Virus record (IMG/VR): IMGVR_UViG_3300032287_003113
Span: 124,001 to 188,000 of that record
Strand: one strand, 5' to 3'
DNA: 64,000 nt
In this document: one piece after another, positions 1 through 11,700 of the stretch
How the letters are laid out: each line of letters opens with the position of its first letter
Position numbering within the stretch: position 1 is the stretch's first letter
Notes under the pieces: generated by a model
Told to the model about the DNA's origin: nothing
The model's database searches: none
The model's input: only the letters and a program-made list of their open reading frames with translations
Translations under genes and position numbers: made by a program

Positions 1-72
1 ACTGGATCTAAAGTCTGGGAGATACAAGTCAACGGACTAGGCCCTAGAGACGACAAACAAAACACGGAATAA
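1..72 (+). CDS. 3' end of a truncated upstream CDS (probably a structural/baseplate gene)
   Basis: Frame 1 is open from base 1 (TGSKVWEIQVNGLGPRDDKQNTE) to TAA at 70-72, 8 nt before the next ATG. Confidence 0.45.
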   Translation, partial: TGSKVWEIQVNGLGPRDDKQNTE

Positions 73-80
73 CACAGCAC

Positions 81-1484
81 ATGGCCACAGATCAAATTAG
101 AAAATCCGGCGACGACCCTACTGCGGTAGGTGATGCTAAATCCACACCTAAAAATCCAGGTCCATACGAAGCGGTAGTGGTGGCCCACGCCACCGGCGCC
201 AGACTGGGACAGTTGCGTGTCAGAGTCATCTCCACAACAGGTAGAAAGCCCGCGGGATTTGAAGATAATGCTGTAACGGCCAATTACTGTAGCCCATTCT
301 TTGGAACAACTTACGGAACTGATCAACAATCTGCTGTGCCCGACGGGGCATTTACTTCAGGACAAAGCTACGGTATGTGGATGGTACCACCGGACATTGG
401 CAACAAAGTATTGGTAATGTGTACACCCAATGGCGACTGGTATTGGATTGGTTGTATCTACGATAGTAGCAGTCATCACATGGTTCCGGCAATTGGCCGT
501 AACATCGGCGGCAAGGACCGTACCAGAGCACCAGGATCCCTGCCGGCATCAGGATCCAGTAACTTGCCAGTGGTAGAGTACAACACCAAATATGAAACCA
601 CAGCATTTGATGCCGACGGTTTAGAAAACACACCACGCTACACACACGAATTTCAAGTTGCCAAACTAGTAATGCAAGGCCTGGACAGAGACCCTATACG
701 TGGCGCTATCAGTTCCAGTAGTATGCGTGAAAGCCCCAGCAACGTGTACGGTATCAGTACACCTGGACGAAAAGTAAGCAAAACGGATCAAGTGCCGGGC
801 TCACCCGACTTGGTATATGCCAGACAAGGTGGTCACACGTTTGTGATGGATGACGGTGACAAAGACGGAAAAGATCAGCTGATGAGATTGCGTACCACGG
901 GCGGTCATCAGATCTTGATGAATGATTCAGAAAACGTTTTGTACATCGCCAGTGCCAGCGGACAACACTGGCTAGAATTCAGCAAAAATGGCCAGATAAA
1001 CGTTTACGGTGCAGCCGGCTTTAATCTACGCACACAAGGAGTATTGAACCTACACAGCGATGTCATGCTGAACATGAGTGCTCCAAACATCAAAATGACT
1101 GCCATGGGCAACGACAAAGTACCTCTGGGATCGATTAACATGGCCACATCGGGCAACTTCAGTGCCAGTGCTGTGGGCATGGCCAGTTTAAAATGCAATG
1201 GTATGCTGACTTTAAGTGCCGTTGGCAAAGCCAGTTTGACTGCTGGCGGCTGGTTAAGTTTGAGCAGCGTAGTAAAAACTAGTGTGTTTGGCGGCATGCT
1301 GATGTTAAACTCGGGCAAGCCTGGCGTACCAATGCCAGTTACTCCGCCCACAGTCACACCAAAACCAGATACAAAATTACAAGGCGGCGTATGGAACACT
1401 GGCGGGGTAATCATGACAGCCTGCACAGTAGCACCGGCACATGAGCCATGGACAGACGCCAACGGACAAAGGCCTAAGAAATAA
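81..1484 (+). CDS. baseplate hub/central spike protein (T4 gp5/VgrG-like OB-fold plus beta-helix)
   Basis: N-terminal 'LGQLRVRV...SPFFG...SYGMWMVPPDIGNKVLV...YWIGC' typical of gp5 OB domains; 'GHTFVMDD...LRTTGGHQILMND' beta-strand repeats; lies upstream of gp25/gp6. Confidence 0.75.
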   Translation: MATDQIRKSGDDPTAVGDAKSTPKNPGPYEAVVVAHATGARLGQLRVRVISTTGRKPAGFEDNAVTANYCSPFFGTTYGTDQQSAVPDGAFTSGQSYGMWMVPPDIGNKVLVMCTPNGDWYWIGCIYDSSSHHMVPAIGRNIGGKDRTRAPGSLPASGSSNLPVVEYNTKYETTAFDADGLENTPRYTHEFQVAKLVMQGLDRDPIRGAISSSSMRESPSNVYGISTPGRKVSKTDQVPGSPDLVYARQGGHTFVMDDGDKDGKDQLMRLRTTGGHQILMNDSENVLYIASASGQHWLEFSKNGQINVYGAAGFNLRTQGVLNLHSDVMLNMSAPNIKMTAMGNDKVPLGSINMATSGNFSASAVGMASLKCNGMLTLSAVGKASLTAGGWLSLSSVVKTSVFGGMLMLNSGKPGVPMPVTPPTVTPKPDTKLQGGVWNTGGVIMTACTVAPAHEPWTDANGQRPKK

Positions 1485-2131
1485 TGGACGCAGGAATAGT
1501 TCAAGCCACCCGCACACTACCACCCAACCCTTTGCCAGTCAGTTGGCTGGGTCGCTCCGACATGGTTGCAGCTTGTCCAGACTGGGCAGTTATAGCACAG
1601 TTATCTAATATTCAACAACAAAATCTTCTGGCACAAATAGCCTACGTGTCCAGTGCCTGGGATTATACAAAAATTGGCACCAACAACGAGCTGGGTAGAT
1701 ATCAATTTGATACCGACACGTTAGAAACTTACAGTTTATTAACCACAGGATCAAATGCCAGCTACGGCACAGATTGCGTAAATTATCAACATTGTTGGCG
1801 AGCACCGTTTAGTACCTATGCTGATTATTTGACAGAAGTTGCCAACATAAACGATTTTTTAACCAACACATCAGCACAAGAACTTTTGGCCTATCAACGT
1901 CTAGTAGATCTATACAGTGATTGTATCAAAATTGCCGCGATAAAAATCAACGACACCGCAGATGTGGTGGCAGGTATGCTGTATGTGGCCTGGGAGTTAG
2001 GAGCAGGCACAGCCGCCACCCTAAACAATACTACAGGCACAGGTGCCTATGCCTGGCGCTATTTTAGCGTTGGTTCCGGCGGCAGTTACTATACAGCTGG
2101 CCGATACGCCATAACAATACTGAGCAAATAA
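1484..2131 (+). CDS. putative lysozyme-like baseplate protein
   Basis: 'LGRYQF...QELLAY' motif seen in lysozyme-fold proteins; position between gp5-like and gp25-like genes; 1-nt overlap with upstream stop. Confidence 0.4.
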   Translation: MDAGIVQATRTLPPNPLPVSWLGRSDMVAACPDWAVIAQLSNIQQQNLLAQIAYVSSAWDYTKIGTNNELGRYQFDTDTLETYSLLTTGSNASYGTDCVNYQHCWRAPFSTYADYLTEVANINDFLTNTSAQELLAYQRLVDLYSDCIKIAAIKINDTADVVAGMLYVAWELGAGTAATLNNTTGTGAYAWRYFSVGSGGSYYTAGRYAITILSK

Positions 2132-2134
2132 ATA
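2128..2134 (+). promoter_or_regulatory. T4-like late promoter ATAAATA
   Basis: Matches the T4 late consensus TATAAATA core, directly before the gp25-like ATG; same motif recurs before other structural genes. Confidence 0.5.
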
Positions 2135-2139
2135 CTATT

Positions 2140-2514
2140 ATGACAATATATCGCGGATTCAGCACCAGACTCAATGCCAAAAAGTACAGACTAACTGATT
2201 TCCAATTGGCCAAACAAGACATGATCAACCACTTCGAAATACGCAAAGGTGAAAAACTCATGAACCCTGATTTTGGCAGCATAATCTGGGACATGTTGTT
2301 TGAACCCTTGACTGAAGACACCAAACAAATTATCACCAATGATATCACACGTATTGTGAGCTACGACCCCAGACTTGCTGTGCAACAAGTAGCAGTAACC
2401 GAGCAGGACAATGGGTTTTTAATAGCAATTGATGTGGCTTATATTCCCACTGATCAAACAGAAACTATTGCTTTAAATTTTGATCGTGCCAACAATAGAT
2501 TAATTACTAATTAA
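2140..2514 (+). CDS. gp25: baseplate wedge subunit, gp25 family
   Basis: 'INHFEIRKGEKLMNPDFGSIIWDMLFEPL...IVSYDPRL' is the gp25/GPW signature; 124 aa. Confidence 0.85.
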   Translation: MTIYRGFSTRLNAKKYRLTDFQLAKQDMINHFEIRKGEKLMNPDFGSIIWDMLFEPLTEDTKQIITNDITRIVSYDPRLAVQQVAVTEQDNGFLIAIDVAYIPTDQTETIALNFDRANNRLITN

Positions 2515-2535
2515 CAGACCATATTATTCCGTACG

Positions 2536-2542
2536 ATAAATA
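2536..2542 (+). promoter_or_regulatory. T4-like late promoter ATAAATA inside a hairpin loop
   Basis: GATAAATA 21 nt upstream of the gp6-like ATG; flanked by TCCGTA (2528-2533) / TACGGA (2548-2553). Confidence 0.6.
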
Positions 2543-2562
2543 CTTGATACGGATAAAATAAC

Positions 2563-5500
2563 ATGGCACAAACCACACGTCAAACCAACCTCTTAGTACA
2601 GCAAGACTGGACCAAGATCTATCAAACGTTTACCAACGCTGACTTCACCAGCTACGATTTTGAGACCCTGCGTAACAGCATGATTACCTATCTCAAAACC
2701 TACTACCCCGAAACATTCAATGACTTTTTAGAAAGTTCAGAATACCTGGCCTTGATTGACATGATTGCGTTCCTGGGGCAGAGTCTGGCGTTCCGTGCAG
2801 ATTTGAATGCTAGAGAAAACTTTATTGACACAGCACAGCGCCGTGACAGCATTTTAAAACTGGCTCGTATGCTCAGTTACAATCCGCAACGCAACACCGG
2901 TGCCAGTGGCCTGCTCAAGTTCGAAAGTGTGCGTACCACAGAATTTCTCACAGACAGTTCGGGCATTAATCTAAGCAACGCCACCATACACTGGAATGAT
3001 CTTACCAACGAAAACTGGCTGGAACAGTTTACTACTATTCTCAACGCGGCCCTGGTCAGTAGCCAAGCAGTGGGCAAGCCTGGTAATAGTCAGAACCTTA
3101 ATAATATCAAAACAGACGAATATACAATTAACCTAAACACCAACACCTTGCCTGTTGCTCCATTTACCACAACCATACAAGGCAGTAGTGTGGCATTTGA
3201 AGCAGTAAGTGCCACCAGTCTGGGACAGAGTTATCTATACGAACGTGACCCAACCAGTAGTGGTGCGTTTAACGTTTTGTATCGTAACGACAACAATGGT
3301 AACGGTAGCAACAACACCGGTTTCTTTTTGTATTTCAAACAGGGCAAATTAAATTCTACAGAATTTAACATCACCAATGCCATTCCCAATAACTTTGTCA
3401 CGGTGGCCACCAACAACATCAACAACACAGATGCTTGGTTATACAGTTTGGATGTCAACAGAAATGTCAGCGAAAAATGGACCAAAGTTCCAGCCTTGAA
3501 CGGCATCAATGTTATCTACAATCAATTAACAGAAAAAAATCTTTACCAAATCAACACTCGCACCAATGACCAAGTGGATGTGGTGTTTGGTGATGGCAGT
3601 TTCAGTAACATACCACAAGGCAGTTTCCGTTTTTATTATCGCACCGGTAATGGTATCACCTACAGCATTACTCCTGACGACATGGCCAGTGTCAGTGTGG
3701 CCTTTAGCTATATCAGCAAACAAAACAGAGTTGAAACGCTGACTATCACAGCCAGCTTGAATTATACTGTGACCAATGCCAATGCAGCACCAAGCCTGAG
3801 CAGCATCAAGGCCAGTGCTCCGCAACAGTACTACACACAAAATCGTATGATCACAGCAGAAGACTACAACATCTTCCCACAGACCAACTACGGTAGTATT
3901 CAAAAGATCAAAGCAGTTAATCGTACCAGCTCAGGTGTGAGTTTATACCTTGACGCACTGGACCCAACTGGCAGTTTCTCCAGCACAAATATCTTTGGCG
4001 ACGATGGCACAATATCAGCCAACAACAAAATTGGATCAAGTCAGTTTGATTTCTTAACCGATAACGACATTTATTCGGCTGTGTACAATGTGATCATACC
4101 AACAATCAACAGCACAGAAGTTAGAAACTACTACTATGGTAATACTAGTGTATTTCCAAGATTCAGTGGCAACACCAACACAGTCTCGGGCGGCAATATC
4201 AAGTTTAATCAAAACACAGTAAGCACAGGAACCAGTACAGGGTTCTTGGCCAATTTGGTCAGTAACGTAACTCTACAGGTAGGCGCCAATGTTAGTCATT
4301 ATCTACGTTATGTTGATACAGGTGCTGTGTTGCAATTCAGTGCACCAACCGGATATAGATTCAACAGCGAACATCAGCTACAGTTAGGTAATACCTTGAC
4401 CAACGCCGGCGACACATTGAATTTTTATGCTGTGGTCACAGACATTGTGGCCGATTCGGACCCAACTGTGCCAAACAGAATTACACTTGGCACAGTGGTG
4501 CCGTCAGGTGCAATTTTAAGTAATGTGAGCTTGGCTGGTGCCGAAGCTATAGTGCCAGCTTACAAAAACGATTTGAGTACCAGCTTAATTACTACCATAA
4601 TCACACAAATCAAAGCCTTGTTAAACTTTGGTTTAAAATACAATACCGCAGTCAGAGTACAATACGAGGATGGCTCATACGGACCTTATGGTGTATGGGA
4701 AAATATTACACCAGCCAACATCGGTTCAAGCACAGACTGGATATTGAAATTTACCTATAATCAAGGCCTATACACAATTAACTATAGAAATCTCGAATAC
4801 ACTTTTGCCAGTGCGGGCAATACCAAGTTTTATTTTGATCCATCAGTGCGTGTGTACAACTCTGTTATTGGCACCAACGTCAAAGACACTATTAAAATTT
4901 TAAAAATTAATACCAAACCTAATGCTACAGCAGCATTAGACAATGACATAGTATGGCAAATTTATAACACTATCACAGCCACCGATGGATATGTGGATAA
5001 AACCAAAGTGTTGGTACAGGTACCGACTACACAGGCTGAAGCTATTCCTGACAATCCAGATCTGTACCTTCAAGTTGCTGCCGGCTCTGCAGATAGGGAT
5101 AGTCTATATTTCCAATATCGTCATAATGTTCCTGGACGTAGCCGTATCAATCCAACCCCAGTAAACATCGTTGACGTTTATGTGTTGACATCAACTTATG
5201 CTATAGATTATGCAAATTATCTCAAAGATCTCACTGGCACCATCGCAGAACCAGAATTGCCAACCAGTACCAGCTTAGAAACAGCATATAGTGATTTGGA
5301 TAATTATAAAGCAGTGAGTGATACGCTAATTTATAATCCAGCAAAGTTTAAACCCTTGTTCGGGGCCAAGGCCGATGTCAGTCTACGTGCCCGATTCCAG
5401 GTAGTAAAAAATCCAGCGGCCAACGTGACAGACAACGAAATTAAGAGTCAAGTTATTACTGCGGTAAACAAATATTTTGACGTGAGCAACTGGGATTTTG

Positions 5501-5739
5501 GGGAAACATTTTATTTCAGTGAATTGGCTGCATACTTGCATTCAACATTGACCCCTAACATATCAAGTGTGTTGATTGTGCCAGCAAGTAATAATTTGGT
5601 GTTTGGTAACTACTTCCAAATCAACGCCGAACCATGGGAAATTATTACCAGTGCCGCCACAGTCAATGATGTTGAAATAATTTCAGCTATCACAGCTGCT
5701 CAATTGAATTTGGGCAATACATTAGTCGGAACATATTAA
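2563..5739 (+). CDS. gp6: baseplate wedge subunit, gp6 family, with a large internal insertion
   Basis: 'DFTSYDFETLR...ARENFIDTAQRRDSILKLARMLSYNP', 'VVFGDG', 'YYTQNRMITAEDY', 'WDFGETFYFSEL' are gp6-like motifs; 1058 aa. Confidence 0.85.
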   Translation: MAQTTRQTNLLVQQDWTKIYQTFTNADFTSYDFETLRNSMITYLKTYYPETFNDFLESSEYLALIDMIAFLGQSLAFRADLNARENFIDTAQRRDSILKLARMLSYNPQRNTGASGLLKFESVRTTEFLTDSSGINLSNATIHWNDLTNENWLEQFTTILNAALVSSQAVGKPGNSQNLNNIKTDEYTINLNTNTLPVAPFTTTIQGSSVAFEAVSATSLGQSYLYERDPTSSGAFNVLYRNDNNGNGSNNTGFFLYFKQGKLNSTEFNITNAIPNNFVTVATNNINNTDAWLYSLDVNRNVSEKWTKVPALNGINVIYNQLTEKNLYQINTRTNDQVDVVFGDGSFSNIPQGSFRFYYRTGNGITYSITPDDMASVSVAFSYISKQNRVETLTITASLNYTVTNANAAPSLSSIKASAPQQYYTQNRMITAEDYNIFPQTNYGSIQKIKAVNRTSSGVSLYLDALDPTGSFSSTNIFGDDGTISANNKIGSSQFDFLTDNDIYSAVYNVIIPTINSTEVRNYYYGNTSVFPRFSGNTNTVSGGNIKFNQNTVSTGTSTGFLANLVSNVTLQVGANVSHYLRYVDTGAVLQFSAPTGYRFNSEHQLQLGNTLTNAGDTLNFYAVVTDIVADSDPTVPNRITLGTVVPSGAILSNVSLAGAEAIVPAYKNDLSTSLITTIITQIKALLNFGLKYNTAVRVQYEDGSYGPYGVWENITPANIGSSTDWILKFTYNQGLYTINYRNLEYTFASAGNTKFYFDPSVRVYNSVIGTNVKDTIKILKINTKPNATAALDNDIVWQIYNTITATDGYVDKTKVLVQVPTTQAEAIPDNPDLYLQVAAGSADRDSLYFQYRHNVPGRSRINPTPVNIVDVYVLTSTYAIDYANYLKDLTGTIAEPELPTSTSLETAYSDLDNYKAVSDTLIYNPAKFKPLFGAKADVSLRARFQVVKNPAANVTDNEIKSQVITAVNKYFDVSNWDFGETFYFSELAAYLHSTLTPNISSVLIVPASNNLVFGNYFQINAEPWEIITSAATVNDVEIISAITAAQLNLGNTLVGTY

Positions 5740-8700
5740 TGGCCATAGTCAACACAATTAATTTTTTACCAAGGATATTCCGTACACCAACCAATCAACG
5801 ATTCCTTGGTGCCACCATGGACCACTTAACGTCCGACGCAATCAACACACCTGTCAACGGATACATAGGTCGAACATTTGCTCCTACCTACAAACCAGGA
5901 GACAATTATGTACCTGAATCAACCGATCTACGAAAAAACTATCAATTGGAACCCAGTGCTGTAGTAACTGACAGCAACGGTGAAATAACATTTAACACTG
6001 GTTACATTGATCTATTACAAAACATAAAAAATTATGGCGGCCTAACAGACAATCAGCAACGCTTGTTTGGTAGCGAAATGTACAGCTGGGACGGACATTT
6101 TGATTACGATAAATTTGTAAACTATTACAATTATTATTGGTTACCCGATGGGCCAGACTTTGTGCCAATTTATGGAAATCAAGCGCCTTATACTGCTGAT
6201 TACACAGTGGTGCGAAACGGTGCCGTTGGTGGATACACATTTACCGGCAAGGGATATCAGCCCAATACTCAACTGACTTTGGTTCGTGGCGGAGTCTACA
6301 CATTTACTATCAATCAACCCGGTCATGACTTTTGGATACAACGTAGCCCCGGTGTCAACGGCATTGATCCCAATATTCCCACGGTAAGTACCCGAGATGT
6401 ATACGGTGTTACCAACAATGGCGCCAGCACTGGCACAGTAACTTTCCGTGTACCTCTGTACAACGCACAAGATTTTTATATCTTGATGCCAATCAAGTCC
6501 AGCGTTGATGCGGCAACCACACTCAAATACATCGACATACAAAATCGTTTATTAAGTAATTTCCTAAACCAGTACCCAGATGGTATTGATGGTATTAATA
6601 ATCAGCTACAAAACAAAACTTTAATATTCATTGGCAACGACGAGGACGATACCAATTGGACCACCCCTGCAGTCAGCCCAGCATACACCAGCTTAGATGT
6701 GGCCAGCATCCGTCCCGGAGACATTATCAATGATGCCACTCGAGTTAAAACTTGGAAAATTAATTTGGTTGCTGTTGATAGTGCTGCTACAGATTTTATT
6801 ATACAACTATCCCCGGAAACCACAATTCTAGCAAGAGAAAAAGTTTTTATAAGCTCAGGTAAAACCTATGCTTCACAAAAGTTTTGGCTCAACGATAATC
6901 TAGCATACAATGTAGAACCAGCAATTACCGCAAACACAGATCGCCTGTACTATCAAGACAGTAGCAATCCGGGGTTTGTTGGCGAAATACGCATAATAAA
7001 CAACACGTCAGACACAATCGAAGTTGACACAGAAATTGTTGGTCGGGTTGGATATACCAGTCCCAATGGTGTGGTGTTTACCAATGGATTAAAGATTCAA
7101 TTTGACAGTTTAGTCACTCCAGCGTCATACTATAAATTTGAGTATGTCAATTACTCAACTTGGCTGACAGCACTCAATGCCATGGATGCCACTGTAACTG
7201 GCACCAGTGGCGGTGCAGTGGCGTATAAAGATGAGCAATTGGTTGGTGAGTGGAACGGAACCACTGGATACCGAATCAGAGAATGGTACGTGGAAGGTGT
7301 AGGTACAGCAATCAACTTGGTACCAGTTGGACAAACAACAGTACCTGAGGCCTACGGATATCTACTGGATACTACTCCGGACTATATCACAATCAATCGT
7401 GGCAGCCGAGATAGAAATCCCTGGGCACGTAGCAATCGTTGGTTCCACAAAGATGTGATTGCCGCCACCGCTGACTACAATAACACCACTGAAAATTACG
7501 GACTCAACTTGCCTGGTCGCAGACCTATCATTGAGTTTGACTCAGACCTACAACTTTTTAATTTTGGCCGTCAAGCAAAAAATAGTGTAGATCTAGTGAC
7601 TTTTGAGGAAACAGATGCATTTGGTATAACTATACCGGCTACTCGAGTTGAAGGACAAATCACTGCTGTAGTGGATGGTATTACTTTGGCGCCCGGCCAC
7701 AGAGTTGTATTTGCCAATGACTATGATCTCAATGTTAAAAATAAAATATGGGAGGTAACTGTAATTGAAGGACTGGGTGGACAAAATTACATCAACTTGA
7801 TCGCCACCGATGACAATCCAGTGCTGGCTGGAGAAAATGTTTTGGTCACCGAAGGCGACAACGCAGGAAAAACTTATTATTTTGATGGTGAAGATTGGTT
7901 TGTATCACAATCTAAATCCAGCATAAATCAGATGCCTTTGTTTGATCTAGTAGATGCTGCCGGATACAGTTTTAGCGACACAACTGTTTACCCAGGATCA
8001 ACTTTTGTGGGCAATAAGATTTTTAACTATAATGTTGGTACCGGAAACAATGACACAGTATTAGGATTTCCTCTAAGCTATCAAAATTTCAACAACATCG
8101 GTGACATTGTATTTAAAAATCATTACACCACAGATTCGTTTACTTACACCTCAGATACTAATACCGGAGCAACTCAAACTATTGCTTGTAGCACAGGTTA
8201 TTTAATTAAAAACACCAATTTAACCACACAAGAAAAATTAAATTCCTGGGTACCGGGTGCTGAAGACAGTAGCCAATATCAGTTGTTTACCAAATTCTTT
8301 GATGGGCGAGTGCTTGACATCAATGGAGTCAACAGAGCATTCGTACAAGTTGACGTTTTGCCCGCAACAACAGATACTATACCGCACCTCAAAGTCTATA
8401 AAAATAATATGCTGTTAACAGCAACAGTTGACTATGAGTTAACCACATATGGTATGTACAATATCGTAATCTTTTTATCTGATCCAGCCGTGGGAGACAA
8501 ACTTGATGTTGCAATTTTTAGCGACACAGCAAGTAAACTGGCACACTACGAAGTTCCAAAGAATTTAATTCAAAATCCTCTTAATGAGAATTTTTCAACT
8601 ATTGCTCTGGGACAAATTAGAACTCACTACAATAAACTGTTAGAAAACACAGCAGTCAGCAACAGACCTATCCAGGACACATACCTAAAACAACAAAACG

Positions 8701-11700
8701 GAACACTGAATCAGCACTCTGCGCCGTTGGTCTATGCAATGACATTCTTAAACGATCCAATGCTTAATTTTGTCAATGGTATTGATTTGGCCAAAAAAGA
8801 ATATAGCAGATTTAAAAATAAATTTATAAGTTTGTGCTCAACCCTATCTGGTCTAAACTACAATGACCCTGTTACAGGTGTAGATACAATACTACAAAAT
8901 ATCAACTCGGTTAAAAATTCTAGCTTTCCTTGGTACTATTCAGACATGGTGCCACAGGGCGGAAATTACACAACAATAACTTACACCGTATTAAATGAGC
9001 GTCAAACCAACTATGAAATTGGCAATATTTTTAATCCCGTTGAATTAAGCAATCGTGCTGTGTTAATCTGGCACAATGGCGTACAGCTGACCTTGGGCAA
9101 GGATTATGAATTTAGTCCCACAGTACCAGCAGTAATTTTTTCAATCTCATTTGCGATCAACGACACCATTGTCATCAGAGATTACTTTGACACAGACGGA
9201 AGTTTTGTTCCCGAAACTCCAAGTAAACTAGGTCTGTATCCCAAATCAGAGCCTTTGATTTATCAAGATACAACATATCAGACTCCTGTAAATGTGATTA
9301 GAGGACACGACGGATCGGTAATGCCAGCATTTGGCGACTTCCGCGACAACTACATACTGGAACTTGAAAAGCGTATCTACAACAACATCAAGGCAGACTA
9401 TACCAAAAATATTATCAATTTATATGATATTGTTCCTGGACGCTTTAGAACAACCGAGTACACACGAGATGAGTTCGTACAAATTCTATCTCGCAACTTT
9501 TTACAATGGTCCGGTACAAACAATGTGGACTATACCACCAACAGTTGGTATGATGCCAACAATTCCTGGACCTGGAACTATGAAAAGTTTACAGACACAG
9601 TAGATGACAAACCCTTGCAAGGCAGTTGGAGAGCAATTTATAACTATTGGTATGATACCGATCAACCCAATAGAGCACCATGGGAAATGTTGGGATTTGG
9701 ATTTGAACCTGCATGGTGGGAGACTCGGTATGGTCCAGCACCGTATACTCGAGGTAACTTTACTCTTTGGGAAGATTTAGAAGCTGGTTATGTTTGGAAC
9801 AACGGAGACCCCTACACTGACACTCGTTTTGCCCGTCCGGGGCTGACTGACTTTATTCCTGTAGACAGCGCCGGAAATTTATTACCACCAACTGACATCA
9901 ACATAGTCAAACAATATAACCTAACTGCCGGCGGCAACAATTATGTCATTGGACAAGAAGGTCCCGTAGAAACAGCGTGGATACGCAGCAGTGACTATCC
10001 GTTTGCCGTACAAATGGCCATAGCCATGGCCAAACCTGCCAGTTATTTTGGAACACAGTATGATACATCGAGATTCTATGTCAGCGAAATCACGGGTCAA
10101 TTTAGTAGTGCCACCAATGAAAAAATTAACCCTGCCGATTTAAAAATCAACGGAGACACACGCAACGGAACTGTCCAACGCACCAGTGGATACATTAACT
10201 GGATTGCTGATGTCATTAAAAACGTTGGCATAGATCCAATTGAAAAAATTTCCAGTTATTTAGAAAATTTAAGTGTTAAACTAAATTACAAAGTTGGCGG
10301 ATTCACTGACAAAAATATTCTAACAGTCACAGCAGAACAAACTACCCCAGGTGCCAAACGTGCTGGAGTTATCATACCTGACAGCAATTATGATGTATAT
10401 CTGAATAAATCAATACCTGTGTCTGTAGTTACCTATAGTGCAGTAATAGTGCAACGTACCAATGTCGGATATAGCGTGGTCGGATACAACACCAATGATC
10501 CATTCTTTACAATTTTGCCCAGTGTCGCCAATAACAAAGCAGAGACAATCACAGTAGGCGACGTCAGCGCCAAACTGTATCAAGACACCACAAATCGCAC
10601 AATATCAGTGCCATATGGTACAACCTACAGTAACATACAACAATTAAGTGACTTCTTGATCAGTTATGAACGATATCTCGAAAGTGTTGGATTTGTATTT
10701 GATCAATTTGACAAAGATCTGCAAGAAGTAAAAAACTTTAGGACCAGTGTCAAAGAATTTTTATACTGGAGTCAACAGGGCTGGGAAGTAGGCACCATAC
10801 TGGTGCTAAATCCAACAACAGATCGACTGTTATTAAAAACATCCGGCACAGTGGTAGACGAAATAACCAATACACTAAACTCAGGACGCATATTGGATCA
10901 AAATTTCTTGCCTATCAAGAGTGGAAATTTTAACATTGTAAGAACTGAAAATTTTGCATTTGGTAACCAATTTGGTATAACCACACTCAACGGAACAGGT
11001 ATATGTTTTGCCAGTCTAAATCTGGTTCAATTTGAGCATGTGTTGGTATTTGACAACGAAAGCGACTTCGGTGACATTATCTATGTGCCATCGCAAGGAG
11101 TAAGACAGTATCGATTAAGTTTGTCAGGAGCCAAGACCGGAGCCTGGACTGGCGCATTAAGTGCCAGTGGATATATGTACAATACTACAAATGTCAGTGG
11201 ATGGACTGCTGGCACAGACTATCAAGTAGGCGACATTGTTACTTTTAATAATAACTATTATACCGCACTCAATTCTATACCGGCCACTACAAAATTTAAT
11301 TTGACAGAGTGGGCACAAATTCAAGAATCTGATTTAAAAACTGGACTATTACCAAGCCTTGGTCTGTTAGCACAACAGTCAGAAAACATTTATAACGTTG
11401 ATCGACCACCAGACAACGAAACATTACAGTTATTCAGTGCAGGCTTAATTGGATTCCGCCCAAGAGACTATTTGACTGATTTGGGCATTGGTACCGCAAC
11501 ACAAACAAAATTCTACCAGGGGCTCATCAAAGAAAAAGGCACACTAAACTCTATCACTGCCTTGACCAAGGGTAACTTTGACAACGTATCAGGTAACATC
11601 GCAATTTTTGAAGAGTGGGGATTCAAAGTTGGCGACTACGGCGACTTAGATGGCAATCAGTTTAAAGAATTCGTGCTAGACCAATCAGTTTTCAACACCA

